Origin: a virus
Lineage: Duplodnaviria; Caudoviricetes
Strand: one strand, 5' to 3'
DNA length: 39,121 bases
IMG/VR virus record: IMGVR_UViG_3300023095_000005
Span: 1 to 39,121 of that record
Part shown: piece by piece, positions 25,636-35,850 of the stretch
Position numbering within the stretch: position 1 is the stretch's first letter
Layout of the letters: every line of letters begins with the position of its first letter
Translations under genes and position numbers: made by a program
Notes under the pieces: generated by a model
The model's database searches: none
Told to the model about the DNA's origin: nothing
The model's input: the letters and a program-made list of their open reading frames with translations, nothing else

Positions 25636-26022
25636 ATGACTAAAAAAGTTGAAGAAAAGGTAACAGAAGAGCAGGAAGCTGCTTTGATTGCTGCCCGTGA
25701 TGCTAACCGCCCGCTTGCTGGTCAAGCTGGCAAAGTAATAGATCAGGAAACTTTGAGCCACCAATGGCAAGAAGGCTCCGGCGCTGTTAATACCAATGTA
25801 TTGTCAGATCACCCAAACCGTGACCTGAACGCTAATATTTTGGAGAAAATTCAAAGCCCGGAGAACCTGAAAGCAAAGGAAGATGCCCAAAAGGTATTGG
25901 ACGATGCTGCCGCCGAAGCTGCCAAGAATGAAGATTTTGATTGTTCTAAACTCGATGTTAGCGATATTCGTTATTGCCAACCGGGTTCTGAGCGTCACAA
26001 GGCTTTCAAAAACAAAAAATAA
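25636..26022 (+). CDS. hypothetical protein
   Basis: AGGAG RBS; hydrophilic 128 aa. Confidence 0.7.
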   Translation: MTKKVEEKVTEEQEAALIAARDANRPLAGQAGKVIDQETLSHQWQEGSGAVNTNVLSDHPNRDLNANILEKIQSPENLKAKEDAQKVLDDAAAEAAKNEDFDCSKLDVSDIRYCQPGSERHKAFKNKK

Positions 26023-26040
26023 CCTTGAGAGGGTTAGACC

Positions 26041-26766
26041 ATGGCTGATACAGCTCTCACCATTATTACAGATGCATTGCTTGATATTGGAGTATTAGCC
26101 GATGAAGAAACCCCATCCGCCTCACAAGCGGCTGGGGGACTTCGTAAACTGAATAATATGATTGATGCTTGGAATATTGAGAGCATGATGGTTTACGGGG
26201 CTTATATCCATGTTATTCCTTTAATCGCCAATAATGGCGTCTATACTATTGGACCGGGTGGTGATCTTAATATCCCACGTCCTTCTTTAATTCAAAGCGC
26301 ATATATCCGTGATACCAGTGTCCCTGTGGCAATTCGTCAGGATATACCGTTGCGCATTGCAAACGATCAGGAATGGCAGCAAGTGCCGTTTAAAGGTCAA
26401 CAATCCCAATACCCCTATAACACCGTGTGGTTTAACTATTCCTCTCCTTTGATTGAGGCGTATGTTAATCCTATACCGAATACGTCGCAGTTTTCGCTTG
26501 TTATCTGGGTTCCCGGTGATATTGCCAATTTTACTCTAAATCAGGACATTATTCTCAGTCCCGGTTACAAACGCGCTTTAACAGCAAACCTCTGTATTGA
26601 ATTGGCTGGCTCCTATCAGGTGGAAGTTCCGGCGTCTGTTGTGCAAATTGCCAAGGATTCCAAGGTCTGGATCCAGACAGCCAATCTGCAGATTAACGAG
26701 ATGGGATTGCCATCTGCTTTAACTGATAATGCCTTTTGGGATTATCGTTCAGGGGGCTACGTATAA
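26041..26766 (+). CDS. head-tail adaptor (P22 gp4-like)
   Basis: TA..II.DAL..IG..A..E.P......GL..LN.M.D.W; GY.RAL..NL..ELA; synteny. Confidence 0.75.
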   Translation: MADTALTIITDALLDIGVLADEETPSASQAAGGLRKLNNMIDAWNIESMMVYGAYIHVIPLIANNGVYTIGPGGDLNIPRPSLIQSAYIRDTSVPVAIRQDIPLRIANDQEWQQVPFKGQQSQYPYNTVWFNYSSPLIEAYVNPIPNTSQFSLVIWVPGDIANFTLNQDIILSPGYKRALTANLCIELAGSYQVEVPASVVQIAKDSKVWIQTANLQINEMGLPSALTDNAFWDYRSGGYV

Positions 26767-28172
26767 TGCGTACTGGCGTCTCCGGCGGAACATCCAAGCA
26801 ACGCTCTACAAGCTTTAACGACGAGCGTTCTATCAATATGTTCCCTGTGGTTGACCCACGGGGCAAAGATGGCGTGGCCATGTACGGCAGACCGGGTAAC
26901 CTGCTGCTTGCGACGGCTGGTTCTGGTCCGGGGCGTGGCGCTTACACAGCCTCCAATGGTCGCGCCTTCTTTGTCAGCGGTAATGCGCTGTATGAGTATG
27001 ATGGGTCCCCAACAGGTGTCTTGCGCGGGACGCTGGGGACGAATACGGGTTTGTTGGTTACCATGGATGAAAACGGCACACAGCTGGCCGTTTGTGACGG
27101 TAACAAGCTTTATATCTTTACCTATGCTACGAATGCATTTGCACAGGTTGTAACTGCTAATTTGCCATCTGCCTCGACTGTCACCTTCATTGGTGGGTAT
27201 TTTGTTGTTAGCCGGGTCAATAGCGGTATCTTCCAGATTTCAGCCCTGTATGATGGTTTTACATGGGGTGCTTTGGACTTTGCCACGGCTGAATCCTCAC
27301 CTGATAGCCTGTTGTGTGTTAAGAACATTGCCGGGCAATTGGCTCTGGTTGGGACTAAATCAACAGAGTTCTATTCAAACACAGGCGCTCGTTTCCCATT
27401 CCAGCGTATCAATGGCGCTGTTATCTCTACAGGTACAGTGTCAGCTTACTCCGTATTGCAGCTTGATAACTCGATGTTCCTTGTCAGCCGGGATGATAAT
27501 GGGGCAGGTATTGTTTATCGTCTGCAGGGCTTCTCACCGCGTCGTATTTCGACAGAACCAATCGAATTGCTGATTCAGGCTGCACCAACTCCTGCCACAT
27601 TGCGGTCATGGTCATATCAGGAAGATGGTCACACGTTCTTTGTCCTGACGGGTGGCGGTATGATGACAACTCTTGTCTATGATCTTGCAACAGGTGTCTG
27701 GCATGAACGAGCTTTCCTTAACCAGTATGGTAATTATGAGCCTGATATTTCCGCTTGTGGTACTTATGCCTTCAATAAGATTATTACGATTGACCGCCAA
27801 AGCGGTAACATTTATGAGCAATCGTTAAAATATAACAGTGACAATGGCTCCGAGATTGCGGCTGACCGTATCTTTACCACCATTCAGGAGGAAGATAAGC
27901 CAATCATTATCAAGAACCTGACAGTTGGCATTGAGACAGGTTTAGGCACACAAACAGGTCAAGGATATGATCCACAATTGATCCTTTATGTGTCAAAAGA
28001 TGGTGGCAAAACATGGTCTGCGGGTCGTTCAAAGTCTGCCGGCAAGGCTGGGGAATATAACAAACGGGTCAAGTTTGATCGTTTGGGTCAGGCGCGGCAG
28101 TTTATGTTTCGTCTGCGAATGACTGATCCATCGGCTCGTTACATCTCTGGCGCTTGGATAAACACGATATGA
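26766..28172 (+). CDS. tail hub / DNA-stabilisation protein (P22 gp10-like)
   Basis: INMFP, ALDFATAESSPD, YQEDGH.F, YDLATG.WHER, S.DGG.TW, RLGQAR; TAATG coupling. Confidence 0.85.
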   Translation: MRTGVSGGTSKQRSTSFNDERSINMFPVVDPRGKDGVAMYGRPGNLLLATAGSGPGRGAYTASNGRAFFVSGNALYEYDGSPTGVLRGTLGTNTGLLVTMDENGTQLAVCDGNKLYIFTYATNAFAQVVTANLPSASTVTFIGGYFVVSRVNSGIFQISALYDGFTWGALDFATAESSPDSLLCVKNIAGQLALVGTKSTEFYSNTGARFPFQRINGAVISTGTVSAYSVLQLDNSMFLVSRDDNGAGIVYRLQGFSPRRISTEPIELLIQAAPTPATLRSWSYQEDGHTFFVLTGGGMMTTLVYDLATGVWHERAFLNQYGNYEPDISACGTYAFNKIITIDRQSGNIYEQSLKYNSDNGSEIAADRIFTTIQEEDKPIIIKNLTVGIETGLGTQTGQGYDPQLILYVSKDGGKTWSAGRSKSAGKAGEYNKRVKFDRLGQARQFMFRLRMTDPSARYISGAWINTI

Positions 28173-28627
28173 GTATTCCAGTATCACCAAGCCCACAAGA
28201 ACCAATCCTGCAAACGGATCAGGACAACAAGCCATTACCAGAAGGATTGATTTCGTCAAGCTGGTATCTGTTCCTGCAGAATTTGATTGTGGGCGATACA
28301 GGGCAGACGTCCTCTTCTCCATGGGTTCCCGTTGCAACCAACCTGACATTTGCGGGTAGTCCACCTGTGATTACAGGGAACTATTACCAGAATGAAGGCT
28401 TCACGGATTTCTGGATCCGCATTGTACCGGGGACAAGCACGACATCGACAGCTGGAACAACTTACTTTGATCTGCCATTTGCGGTCACGGTTGATGGAGC
28501 CTGTATTGTAGGTGGTTTGCCGGGGGCTGTTGGCTTGATTGACGCAGCAACCAAGCGTTGTTTCCCGCCGCCTTGGTCTGCTGTAACGGCCAACATTACC
28601 ATTTCTGGGCGGGTGGTGTCGATATGA
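28169..28627 (+). CDS. tail-associated protein (gp26 needle position)
   Basis: G.IS..WYLF motif; synteny after the gp10-like gene; ATGA coupling. Confidence 0.6.
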   Translation: MSIPVSPSPQEPILQTDQDNKPLPEGLISSSWYLFLQNLIVGDTGQTSSSPWVPVATNLTFAGSPPVITGNYYQNEGFTDFWIRIVPGTSTTSTAGTTYFDLPFAVTVDGACIVGGLPGAVGLIDAATKRCFPPPWSAVTANITISGRVVSI

Positions 28628-29091
28628 TCAAGCGCAATATTCAGTTGGTTGAGGCTAAACCGGGTGATGAAGAGATTATTCTTGATCTGTTGTATCCGGG
28701 GTATTTCAACGAAACCGTGTTCAGCAACATGGAATTTGACCGTGATCAGTGTCTTGAGACAATTCAGGTCTGGCTCAATCATTCCATTGTTGCCGCTGCT
28801 GTTATTGATGGCGTGTTTGCCGGGTTTGGTGTTCTGACACTCAGCAAGAGCTTTTACAAGCAAACAGAAGCTGACATTGAGATGTTCTGTATCAAACCAG
28901 AGTTTCGCGGTTCGGGTGCGTCACGGGCTATTCGTGACATTTTGATTGAAACTGCGAAAGCGAACGAAGTTAAACTCATGTATGCGTCGTGTTTATCGGG
29001 CATGGGTGAGACGAACGAAAAATTATTTATTAACCTTTGGAAAAAGGCCGGGTTTAAGAAGCTCGGCACCATGATGATGGGGAGTCTCTAA
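28624..29091 (+). CDS. GNAT-family acetyltransferase
   Basis: CIKPEFRGSGASR acetyl-CoA motif, LWKKAGF; ATGA coupling. Confidence 0.8.
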   Translation: MIKRNIQLVEAKPGDEEIILDLLYPGYFNETVFSNMEFDRDQCLETIQVWLNHSIVAAAVIDGVFAGFGVLTLSKSFYKQTEADIEMFCIKPEFRGSGASRAIRDILIETAKANEVKLMYASCLSGMGETNEKLFINLWKKAGFKKLGTMMMGSL

Positions 29092-29092
29092 A

Positions 29093-30259
29093 ATGGGTGG
29101 TATTACAGGTATTTTGCGGTCAGTAGCGCCTTTGGCAGGATTAGCCTTGGGTCCGGCAGGATTTGGATTAACGAGCGCTTTGGGTGCTGGTGCTGTAGGC
29201 GCTGGCCTTGGTTCCCTTGGTGGTGGCGGTCTTAGAGGCGCTCTTGGCGGTGGTCTTGGGGCTTATGGTCTTGCAGGTGGTGGCGGTGCTTTGGGTAGCG
29301 CCCTTGGTGCTGGTTCGGGTGCTGCTGGTAATGCTCTTGGTTCCGGTCTGCTTGGTGCGGCTGGCGGCGCGTTAACGGGCGGTGGTCAGGGCGCTCTGCT
29401 TGGTGGTGCTTTGGGTGGTGCTGGTGGTTACATTCAAGGATCAGGTGGTCTTGGCAATGCATGGGATAATATCACTGGTGCCTCGGCAGGGGCTGCGGCT
29501 CCAGCAGGGGGCTTGGCTTCCAGCTATGGCAACGTGGCATCGAACACAGATCCAAGCCTTTGGGATCGTGTAACGGGTGCTTTAGGTGGCGGTGGTGCTG
29601 ATTATACTGGTGCACAAGCGGGTCAAGCGATTTCAGGTGTTGGCCAATCGGCTGCTGAACGCTCCCTGTTATCGAGTGCCAATAGCATGCTGGTGCCACA
29701 AGCAGCGGCTGCTAGCTCAAGCAACTGGTTAACACCGGCCTTATCTGCTGGCCTTGGGACATTCAGTAACCAACGCGCTCAAGATCAATTGATTAAGGGT
29801 CAGGAAAAAGCCTTTAATCAATTATCACCGTTCCTGAATAGTACCTTTGATGCAAGCAATCTGGCAAGTGATCCGGGTTATCAATTCCAGTTACAACAGG
29901 GTGAGCAAGCCTTGGGTCGCCAACAAGCTGCTCGTGGCAATTACTTCTCTGGTGAGGCTCTGCGTGAGGCTGCTGACTTTAACAAGGGTCTGACAGACAC
30001 TACGCTGCAAGACGCTTATAGCCGCTATGCTAATGATCAGAACCGTAAGATTGGTGTTGCTGGTGGCTTAGCTGATATTTACGGCAATATCGGTAATACA
30101 CAAGCTGCTGCAACAACTGGTTTGGGTAATATCTTTACCGGTTCTCTGGCTGCGGCAACTGGCAAGCAGGGTGTTAATGCCACAGGTCAAATGATTGGTG
30201 GCGATAGCAATAACGATGCGGCTATGATACAGTATCTTCGTTCGAAAGGACTTATCTAA
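29093..30259 (+). CDS. DNA ejection protein (gp7-like), Gly-rich
   Basis: Gly/Ala/Leu-rich N-terminus; DPGYQF..QQG..AL.R..AARG..SG. Confidence 0.7.
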   Translation: MGGITGILRSVAPLAGLALGPAGFGLTSALGAGAVGAGLGSLGGGGLRGALGGGLGAYGLAGGGGALGSALGAGSGAAGNALGSGLLGAAGGALTGGGQGALLGGALGGAGGYIQGSGGLGNAWDNITGASAGAAAPAGGLASSYGNVASNTDPSLWDRVTGALGGGGADYTGAQAGQAISGVGQSAAERSLLSSANSMLVPQAAAASSSNWLTPALSAGLGTFSNQRAQDQLIKGQEKAFNQLSPFLNSTFDASNLASDPGYQFQLQQGEQALGRQQAARGNYFSGEALREAADFNKGLTDTTLQDAYSRYANDQNRKIGVAGGLADIYGNIGNTQAAATTGLGNIFTGSLAAATGKQGVNATGQMIGGDSNNDAAMIQYLRSKGLI

Positions 30260-31125
30260 TGGCAAGACCGGATACAAGTGTATTTAAAGATCAAATAAGC
30301 CTTGTTGATAGACAGGCTTTACAGCAGGCGTTCGAGCTAAAAAAACAGGCGTTAGCAGCACAGATGCAAAAAGCTGCCGCACCCTCTGCTGTTCAGGAAT
30401 ATCAATTTTTTAACACTCTGCCACCTGAACAACAGCAAGCATTTTTGAATGTCAAGCGGGCTTCTCAAGTTCTTAACCTTGGTGACCAAATGGCTATCAG
30501 ATCACCAAGTGGCGGGATTGCTGAGACTTATAATGTGGGCGTTAATCCAAATAATGCACCGCAATTAAAAGGACAACAGCAGGATGCTAAAAATACATCT
30601 GATTTAAACTTCCAACCAATGATTACGCAGAAAAAAGCCGCTGCTACAATTGTGGGTAAAGATCAAGGAACTAACCAATCAGAACTTAATACACAAACAG
30701 CTATTCTTCCTGAATTAACAAAGACTGTTGGAGAATTAAGCGAGCTTGGTAAAAATGCTACTTATACAACAACAGGGCAATTAGGCGATGCACTGGTCAG
30801 AGAAACCAAAGGCTTCGGCGGATTAACGAATCCTGCAACAGATGGGGCAATTGCACGTACTGCTTATTTAGCAAAAGTGGATAACCAAGTTCTTCCATTG
30901 TTACGCCAAACCTTTGGTTCTGCTTTCACAGAGCGAGAGGGTGCTAGCCTGCGTTCTGTTTTAGGTGACCCTAATAAAGCACCAGCTGAAAAAGATGCAG
31001 CTTTGAAAGCTTTCATAGATCAGAAGTCATCTTCAATTCAGACCAAACAGCGTGAGGTTCAAGGTGTGGGCGGTCAACGTCCGACACAGGGCAATGTAAC
31101 CGTTAAATTCTTGGGGTTTGAATAA
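30259..31125 (+). CDS. DNA ejection protein (gp20 position)
   Basis: Gln-rich helical, PSAVQEYQF; synteny. Confidence 0.6.
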   Translation: MARPDTSVFKDQISLVDRQALQQAFELKKQALAAQMQKAAAPSAVQEYQFFNTLPPEQQQAFLNVKRASQVLNLGDQMAIRSPSGGIAETYNVGVNPNNAPQLKGQQQDAKNTSDLNFQPMITQKKAAATIVGKDQGTNQSELNTQTAILPELTKTVGELSELGKNATYTTTGQLGDALVRETKGFGGLTNPATDGAIARTAYLAKVDNQVLPLLRQTFGSAFTEREGASLRSVLGDPNKAPAEKDAALKAFIDQKSSSIQTKQREVQGVGGQRPTQGNVTVKFLGFE

Positions 31126-32957
31126 TGCCAGTAGCACGCTTTGACATGGGTAATGGAAAGATTGGCCGCTTTGAGGTGCCAGAAGGTACGACACCAGAAG
31201 CGGCACAAAGTCTTATTCAATCTCATTTATCAGAGCAACAACCTGTTTTACCGAATATGCCAGATGCTCAAGCTATGGCCACACAGGATTACGCAGATCC
31301 TGATGGTTTAGCTAATATTCAAATTGATGGCTTTACACAGAAACCACAAGCTAATCCTTTGCAAGCAGCTTTTGAAGATAAGAAGTCAGTCTCTAGACCT
31401 GCTTATGCTTTCAGAGATATACTAGCTGATAACCAGCCTGTTGATAATGGTTTGACAGGTCGTATTGCTCAAGATTATGTAGCGCGTGCTAATAAAGCTG
31501 AAAACATCACTAATCTAGAGAATTCTGGCCAATTAGGCGGTACTGAGGCAACGATCTACCGTGGATTAAATGCGGCTGCTTTTCCTATTGATGCTACCGG
31601 GCAATTGATTAAAACTGTTGCAAGTCCTGTAGGTTCTGCCATAAACTGGACAGCAGATACTTTTACACCAAACCTGAAAGGGGCTATCAAAGATGGCTAT
31701 TCTGCTGTTGCGGCTTCTCCTATCGGGGAGATGGCTTCAAATGCCGTTCAAGGGTTCCAAGATTACCGACAAAATCATCCAGTCGCCTCAGCCCGAATCG
31801 GGGGTGCGGTTGATCTTGGGAATATCGCGGCAGCTTTCGCCCCAGTCGGTAAAGGTAAAAGCGTGGCAGGTTCCACTTTGGAATCGTCAGCCAAGACCAT
31901 AACAAATACTGGTAAAAGTGCTTTAGAATCTGCTTTGCCAAACGTTGCAGACGGTACATTAAAACTCGCTCAACGCGCACAAGATTTTGGTATTCCTTTA
32001 AAAATATCTCAAATTTCCGATAGCAAACCAGCTAAGATTTTAAATGCTGTCACTGAGCAATTGCCATTTAGCGGCGCACAAGGTTTCGAGCAAACACAAC
32101 AATCCGCTTTTAACCGGGCGGTAGCAAAGACGCTGGGACAAGATGCTGATAACCTTGGACCAGAAACAATCAACGCTTTCCGTGCTTCTAACAGTCAGAA
32201 ATATTCTTCTGCTTTAGAAGGCCATGATGTATCATTTCACTCTGGATTTAATGAAGATATTAACAGCGTCGTTAACAAAGCTAAGAAATCCATTGATCCC
32301 GGTCTCTATTCAGTAGTTAAAGATAATGCTGATGATCTCATTAAATCAGTATCAGAAGGCACTATTCAAGGCGATAAAGTCAATAGCATTCGTTCAGAGT
32401 TATTAGACCGAGCGGCATCAGCTGATGGTCCGGTTAAGAACTTCCTCAATGATATGGTTGAACATATTGATGATGCGGTTGCTGATAGTTTACCAGCAGA
32501 AAAATATAATCTCCTTAAAGAGGCAAGCCGTGAATATCGTAACTTCAAGACACTTGAGCCACTGCTTGAGAAGTCTGTAGATGGTAATATTAGCCCGGCA
32601 TTGATTAACCAACGTGTAGCAGCTAGCAAGTTTATCAAGGCATCTCGTTCCTCTGTTGGTAATGATGATCTTGTTGATCTTGGCCGGATTGGTCAGAAGT
32701 TCCTTAAGCAACAGATTCCAGATAGCGGTACGGCTGGACGTGTAGCCTATACCAAAGGCCTGTTACAAGGCGGTGGAACTATTGGCTCTGCAGCTGTCAG
32801 TATTCCTGGTACTGCGGCGGGTCTGGCGGCTGGGCGTGGCCTACAAGCTATAAACCGTAGCCAAAAACTTGTTAATAAATCTATTTCAAAGGCAGAGAGC
32901 AAAGCTGCCTTACAAAAAGCCTTCGAGGCTAAAAAACTCTTGAAAAAAGGTAAATAA
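31125..32957 (+). CDS. DNA ejection protein (gp16 position)
   Basis: Ala-rich helical 610 aa; EVPEGTTPE, IPDSGTAGR; synteny. Confidence 0.6.
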   Translation: MPVARFDMGNGKIGRFEVPEGTTPEAAQSLIQSHLSEQQPVLPNMPDAQAMATQDYADPDGLANIQIDGFTQKPQANPLQAAFEDKKSVSRPAYAFRDILADNQPVDNGLTGRIAQDYVARANKAENITNLENSGQLGGTEATIYRGLNAAAFPIDATGQLIKTVASPVGSAINWTADTFTPNLKGAIKDGYSAVAASPIGEMASNAVQGFQDYRQNHPVASARIGGAVDLGNIAAAFAPVGKGKSVAGSTLESSAKTITNTGKSALESALPNVADGTLKLAQRAQDFGIPLKISQISDSKPAKILNAVTEQLPFSGAQGFEQTQQSAFNRAVAKTLGQDADNLGPETINAFRASNSQKYSSALEGHDVSFHSGFNEDINSVVNKAKKSIDPGLYSVVKDNADDLIKSVSEGTIQGDKVNSIRSELLDRAASADGPVKNFLNDMVEHIDDAVADSLPAEKYNLLKEASREYRNFKTLEPLLEKSVDGNISPALINQRVAASKFIKASRSSVGNDDLVDLGRIGQKFLKQQIPDSGTAGRVAYTKGLLQGGGTIGSAAVSIPGTAAGLAAGRGLQAINRSQKLVNKSISKAESKAALQKAFEAKKLLKKGK

Positions 32958-32959
32958 CC

Positions 32960-33901
32960 ATGGCAAGTTTACTTCCGGTGCCAATCCAAATGTTCTTCAA
33001 CCCTGTCACAGGTCTGCCCGTGTCATTAGGCCGAGTCTATACCTATGCTGCTGGTACTAACACACCCAAGGCTGCATTCAGCGATCAAGCGGGAACTGTG
33101 CCTCTGACAAACCCTATCGTTCTTGATGCAAATGGCGTGCCAATCTCAAGCGTTGGTGGCACACGGGTGCATGTTTGGGTTGATGGATCCTATAAATATG
33201 TCGTTCAGGATTCTAGCGGTCTAACTGTTGATACAGTTGATAATGTCACAGCGTTTGTGGCTGGTGGTGTTAATACCATTGATATTAATGGTCTCACGCC
33301 TAATGCAAGCCCTGCAACGGATGATTACATCCCAACCTATGATACCAGTGCTACAGCCAACCGTAAGGTTGCTATTTCAGACATTATTGCTTTGGTTCCA
33401 ACTCCCGCTTCATCTGCATCCACACTCTCCGCAGTTCTTCCAACCACATCCGGTACACAAATCAGCCCTGGATCCAATACCGTACCAGCAGGGACAAAGC
33501 GCATTGCCATTAATTTTATGGGTGTTTCAACGAATGGAACATCCTTGCCCATCATCCGGTTTGTCACCAGTGGGACACCAGCCACCTCTGGATATGTTGG
33601 ATCTGCCACCAAGGTTAACGTGGCTAATAGCCTTTACACAACCGGGTTTACAGTCAATGCAAACCATGCTGCTGCTGACATTATATCTGGAACTATCGTT
33701 CTTACAAAAGTCGATAACCTAACAGGTTCCCCTCAGTGGACATGTGCTGGCACGATTGGCTTAAGCAACACAGCGCAAACATCCATTACAGCCGGGCATT
33801 TCACTTCTCCCAATACGCCTGTCACGGAAGTTTTCTTAACCACGGTCAATGGTACAGATACGTTTGATGCTGGCGCTATCTCTATTCTTTATTCTCAATA
33901 G
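32960..33901 (+). CDS. tailspike-like protein with N-terminal virion-binding domain
   Basis: G.P...GRVYTY.AGT.TP...SD..G......NPIVLDANG; short beta-rich C-terminus. Confidence 0.75.
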   Translation: MASLLPVPIQMFFNPVTGLPVSLGRVYTYAAGTNTPKAAFSDQAGTVPLTNPIVLDANGVPISSVGGTRVHVWVDGSYKYVVQDSSGLTVDTVDNVTAFVAGGVNTIDINGLTPNASPATDDYIPTYDTSATANRKVAISDIIALVPTPASSASTLSAVLPTTSGTQISPGSNTVPAGTKRIAINFMGVSTNGTSLPIIRFVTSGTPATSGYVGSATKVNVANSLYTTGFTVNANHAAADIISGTIVLTKVDNLTGSPQWTCAGTIGLSNTAQTSITAGHFTSPNTPVTEVFLTTVNGTDTFDAGAISILYSQ

Positions 33902-33910
33902 GAGTATTAA

Positions 33911-34189
33911 GTGGTCATTGACGGAGAAACAATTGGTGTTATGGGGGCTATTATAGCTCCTCTCCTTACGACCATAGGTGTGTTATGGACACGTAATAAC
34001 AAGATGCAGACGGATTTTGATACCTATCGTGAAAAAGCCCAAGACCGTATTCTTGAGTTTTCCAATAAGCAAACCGAGTTTATGGGAAAATCAAATCAGA
34101 TCTTAGAAACAGCACAAAAGACTATTGATTCTTTAATTGCAGCGGTCAACACTTTAAAGGATGAACTTATAAGAGGAAAGCAGGGTTAA
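33911..34189 (+). CDS. single-TM coiled-coil protein (holin/antiholin candidate)
   Basis: N-terminal hydrophobic helix; first gene of the lysis cassette; AGGAG RBS. Confidence 0.55.
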   Translation: MVIDGETIGVMGAIIAPLLTTIGVLWTRNNKMQTDFDTYREKAQDRILEFSNKQTEFMGKSNQILETAQKTIDSLIAAVNTLKDELIRGKQG

Positions 34190-34190
34190 T

Positions 34191-34415
34191 ATGCCATTCT
34201 TTCGCAAAAAGATCATTATACATAATCCTACCTTTGAGGACGATATGTCCGCTTTGGAGGTGAAGATCCAAAGTGAAGTATCTCAAGCAGAGGATCGCTT
34301 GGAAAAGATACGTGTGGAAAATCATAAAAAAAAAAGCTTGCAAGCTATGCCTCATGCTATAGAGCTTCTTCTCAATGGTTTAGCGTCTGGCAAGCTTAAG
34401 AAAGAGGAAATCTGA
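34191..34415 (+). CDS. small coiled-coil protein in the lysis cassette
   Basis: ORF track; coupled. Confidence 0.55.
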   Translation: MPFFRKKIIIHNPTFEDDMSALEVKIQSEVSQAEDRLEKIRVENHKKKSLQAMPHAIELLLNGLASGKLKKEEI

Positions 34416-34870
34416 TGTTAAATTTTACCAATGCTTTTGCTGAAGATTTAAGGTTTTCCTTTAGCGTTACCAACCTGCTACTTGGTTTTATTGTCCTGTT
34501 CTTTGCGAGCGGGACAATCTTTATGTGGATTACAGATAAGCCGAAATCAGAACGCTTCTGGTTTATATCCGGGATTGCCTGTCACTGGAGTGCAACAGTA
34601 ATTGCCCGGATCATTGATCTTATGCGTGAGAATGGTGGCATGCTGGTACGCAATGCCCATCTGCTCACCACCTTTAACATGTGTCTGGTCTTTGCAGCCG
34701 GGATATTCTATATCCGCGCATTGAGTCAGCATATCTGGCCCCATCTGTGGCGCAATATGATGTATGCGCTCATGGGATTGTCTCTATTATTATATACCTG
34801 CAAATTCATGGTATGCGATGATAAGCCTAAAAAAGAAGATATTTGTTTTATGAACCTGTGGGGAATGTAG
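34415..34870 (+). CDS. four-TM membrane protein (holin candidate)
   Basis: Four hydrophobic segments; immediately before the endolysin. Confidence 0.55.
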   Translation: MLNFTNAFAEDLRFSFSVTNLLLGFIVLFFASGTIFMWITDKPKSERFWFISGIACHWSATVIARIIDLMRENGGMLVRNAHLLTTFNMCLVFAAGIFYIRALSQHIWPHLWRNMMYALMGLSLLLYTCKFMVCDDKPKKEDICFMNLWGM

Positions 34871-34871
34871 A

Positions 34872-35330
34872 ATGTTTCAATTAGGTCGATTATCTCTGGT
34901 TAATTTGGGCGGTGTTCATCCTGATCTTTCGCGATTGGTTAAGACGGCTATTAATATGTCGGAAGTAGATTTCCGGGTTATCGAGGGTCTGCGTACTCTG
35001 GAGCGCCAAAAACAGCTTGTGGCCTCTGGCGCTTCTCAAACGCTTAAATCACGCCATTTGACAGGCCACGCGGTTGATCTGGCTGCATTGGTGGATGGTC
35101 GGATTGAGTGGGCTTGGCCGCTGTATTACAAGATTGCCGATGCAATGAAAAACGCTTCTAAAATACTCAACATTCCTGTAGAATGGGGGGTAATATGGGA
35201 CAAGGAACTTTCCCAATGCGGCGATCTTGATGAGGAAGTGGAAATGTATTCATCTCGAATGCGTGCTTTGGGTAAGAAACCATTTCTCGATGGCCCACAT
35301 TTTCAGTTACCATGGCACGATTATCCCTAG
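34872..35330 (+). CDS. endolysin, M15-family (L-Ala-D-Glu type) peptidase
   Basis: EGLRT.ERQ, SRHLTGHAVD, DGPHFQL zinc-peptidase motifs. Confidence 0.9.
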   Translation: MFQLGRLSLVNLGGVHPDLSRLVKTAINMSEVDFRVIEGLRTLERQKQLVASGASQTLKSRHLTGHAVDLAALVDGRIEWAWPLYYKIADAMKNASKILNIPVEWGVIWDKELSQCGDLDEEVEMYSSRMRALGKKPFLDGPHFQLPWHDYP

Positions 35331-35339
35331 GGAGATATT

Positions 35340-35633
35340 ATGAATGCGCTCTATACGAAACTTGCCTTACTGGCCGCTGTACTCGCTGTTTTGGTTGGTG
35401 GCTACATCTATATCCAAAATCTGCAAGGCCGTTTGGAAAAGGCTAAAACGGACGCTTGGGCGTATCGGGAAGTGGCTAAAGAGCAATGGCTCTATATAGA
35501 CAGATTAGGAAAAGAGCAAGATATTGCTATGGCTAAGGACGCTAAAAACCAAGAGGGAGCTAAAAATGTTAAGAATGATGGTTGTGAGATACTTCCTCTT
35601 AGTTTTCGTGATTTTGTTACCGGGTTGCAGTAG
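35340..35633 (+). CDS. inner-membrane spanin (Rz-like)
   Basis: N-terminal TM, coiled coil, C-terminal Cys. Confidence 0.7.
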   Translation: MNALYTKLALLAAVLAVLVGGYIYIQNLQGRLEKAKTDAWAYREVAKEQWLYIDRLGKEQDIAMAKDAKNQEGAKNVKNDGCEILPLSFRDFVTGLQ

Positions 35634-35850
35634 TTTAAATTTTACGCAAAAGCCGTTACCCCCTGCCGCATATACGGCGAAATCATGGCCAGCCGCTCCA
35701 GTTGGAACTTACGGACCGCAACGTCTGGCGGACTATATTGCCGATGCTCGTTCAGCTTACCTTGATGCGATTGCCAAGCTGAACGCTCTCAATCCGTATA
35801 AAGAAATTTCAGTTGATGCCAATGGTCAGGGCATTAAGTTTAGGGGGTAG
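35566..35850 (+). CDS. outer-membrane spanin lipoprotein (Rz1-like)
   Basis: Overlaps the i-spanin 3' end; lipobox LLPGC; Pro-rich; GGGAG RBS before ATG 35566. Confidence 0.75.
   Translation: MLRMMVVRYFLLVFVILLPGCSSLNFTQKPLPPAAYTAKSWPAAPVGTYGPQRLADYIADARSAYLDAIAKLNALNPYKEISVDANGQGIKFRG

Noticed and set aside
29150-29460. GGT/GCT-rich low-complexity DNA as a repeat element
   Set aside because: Explained by Gly/Ala/Leu codons of the ejection protein
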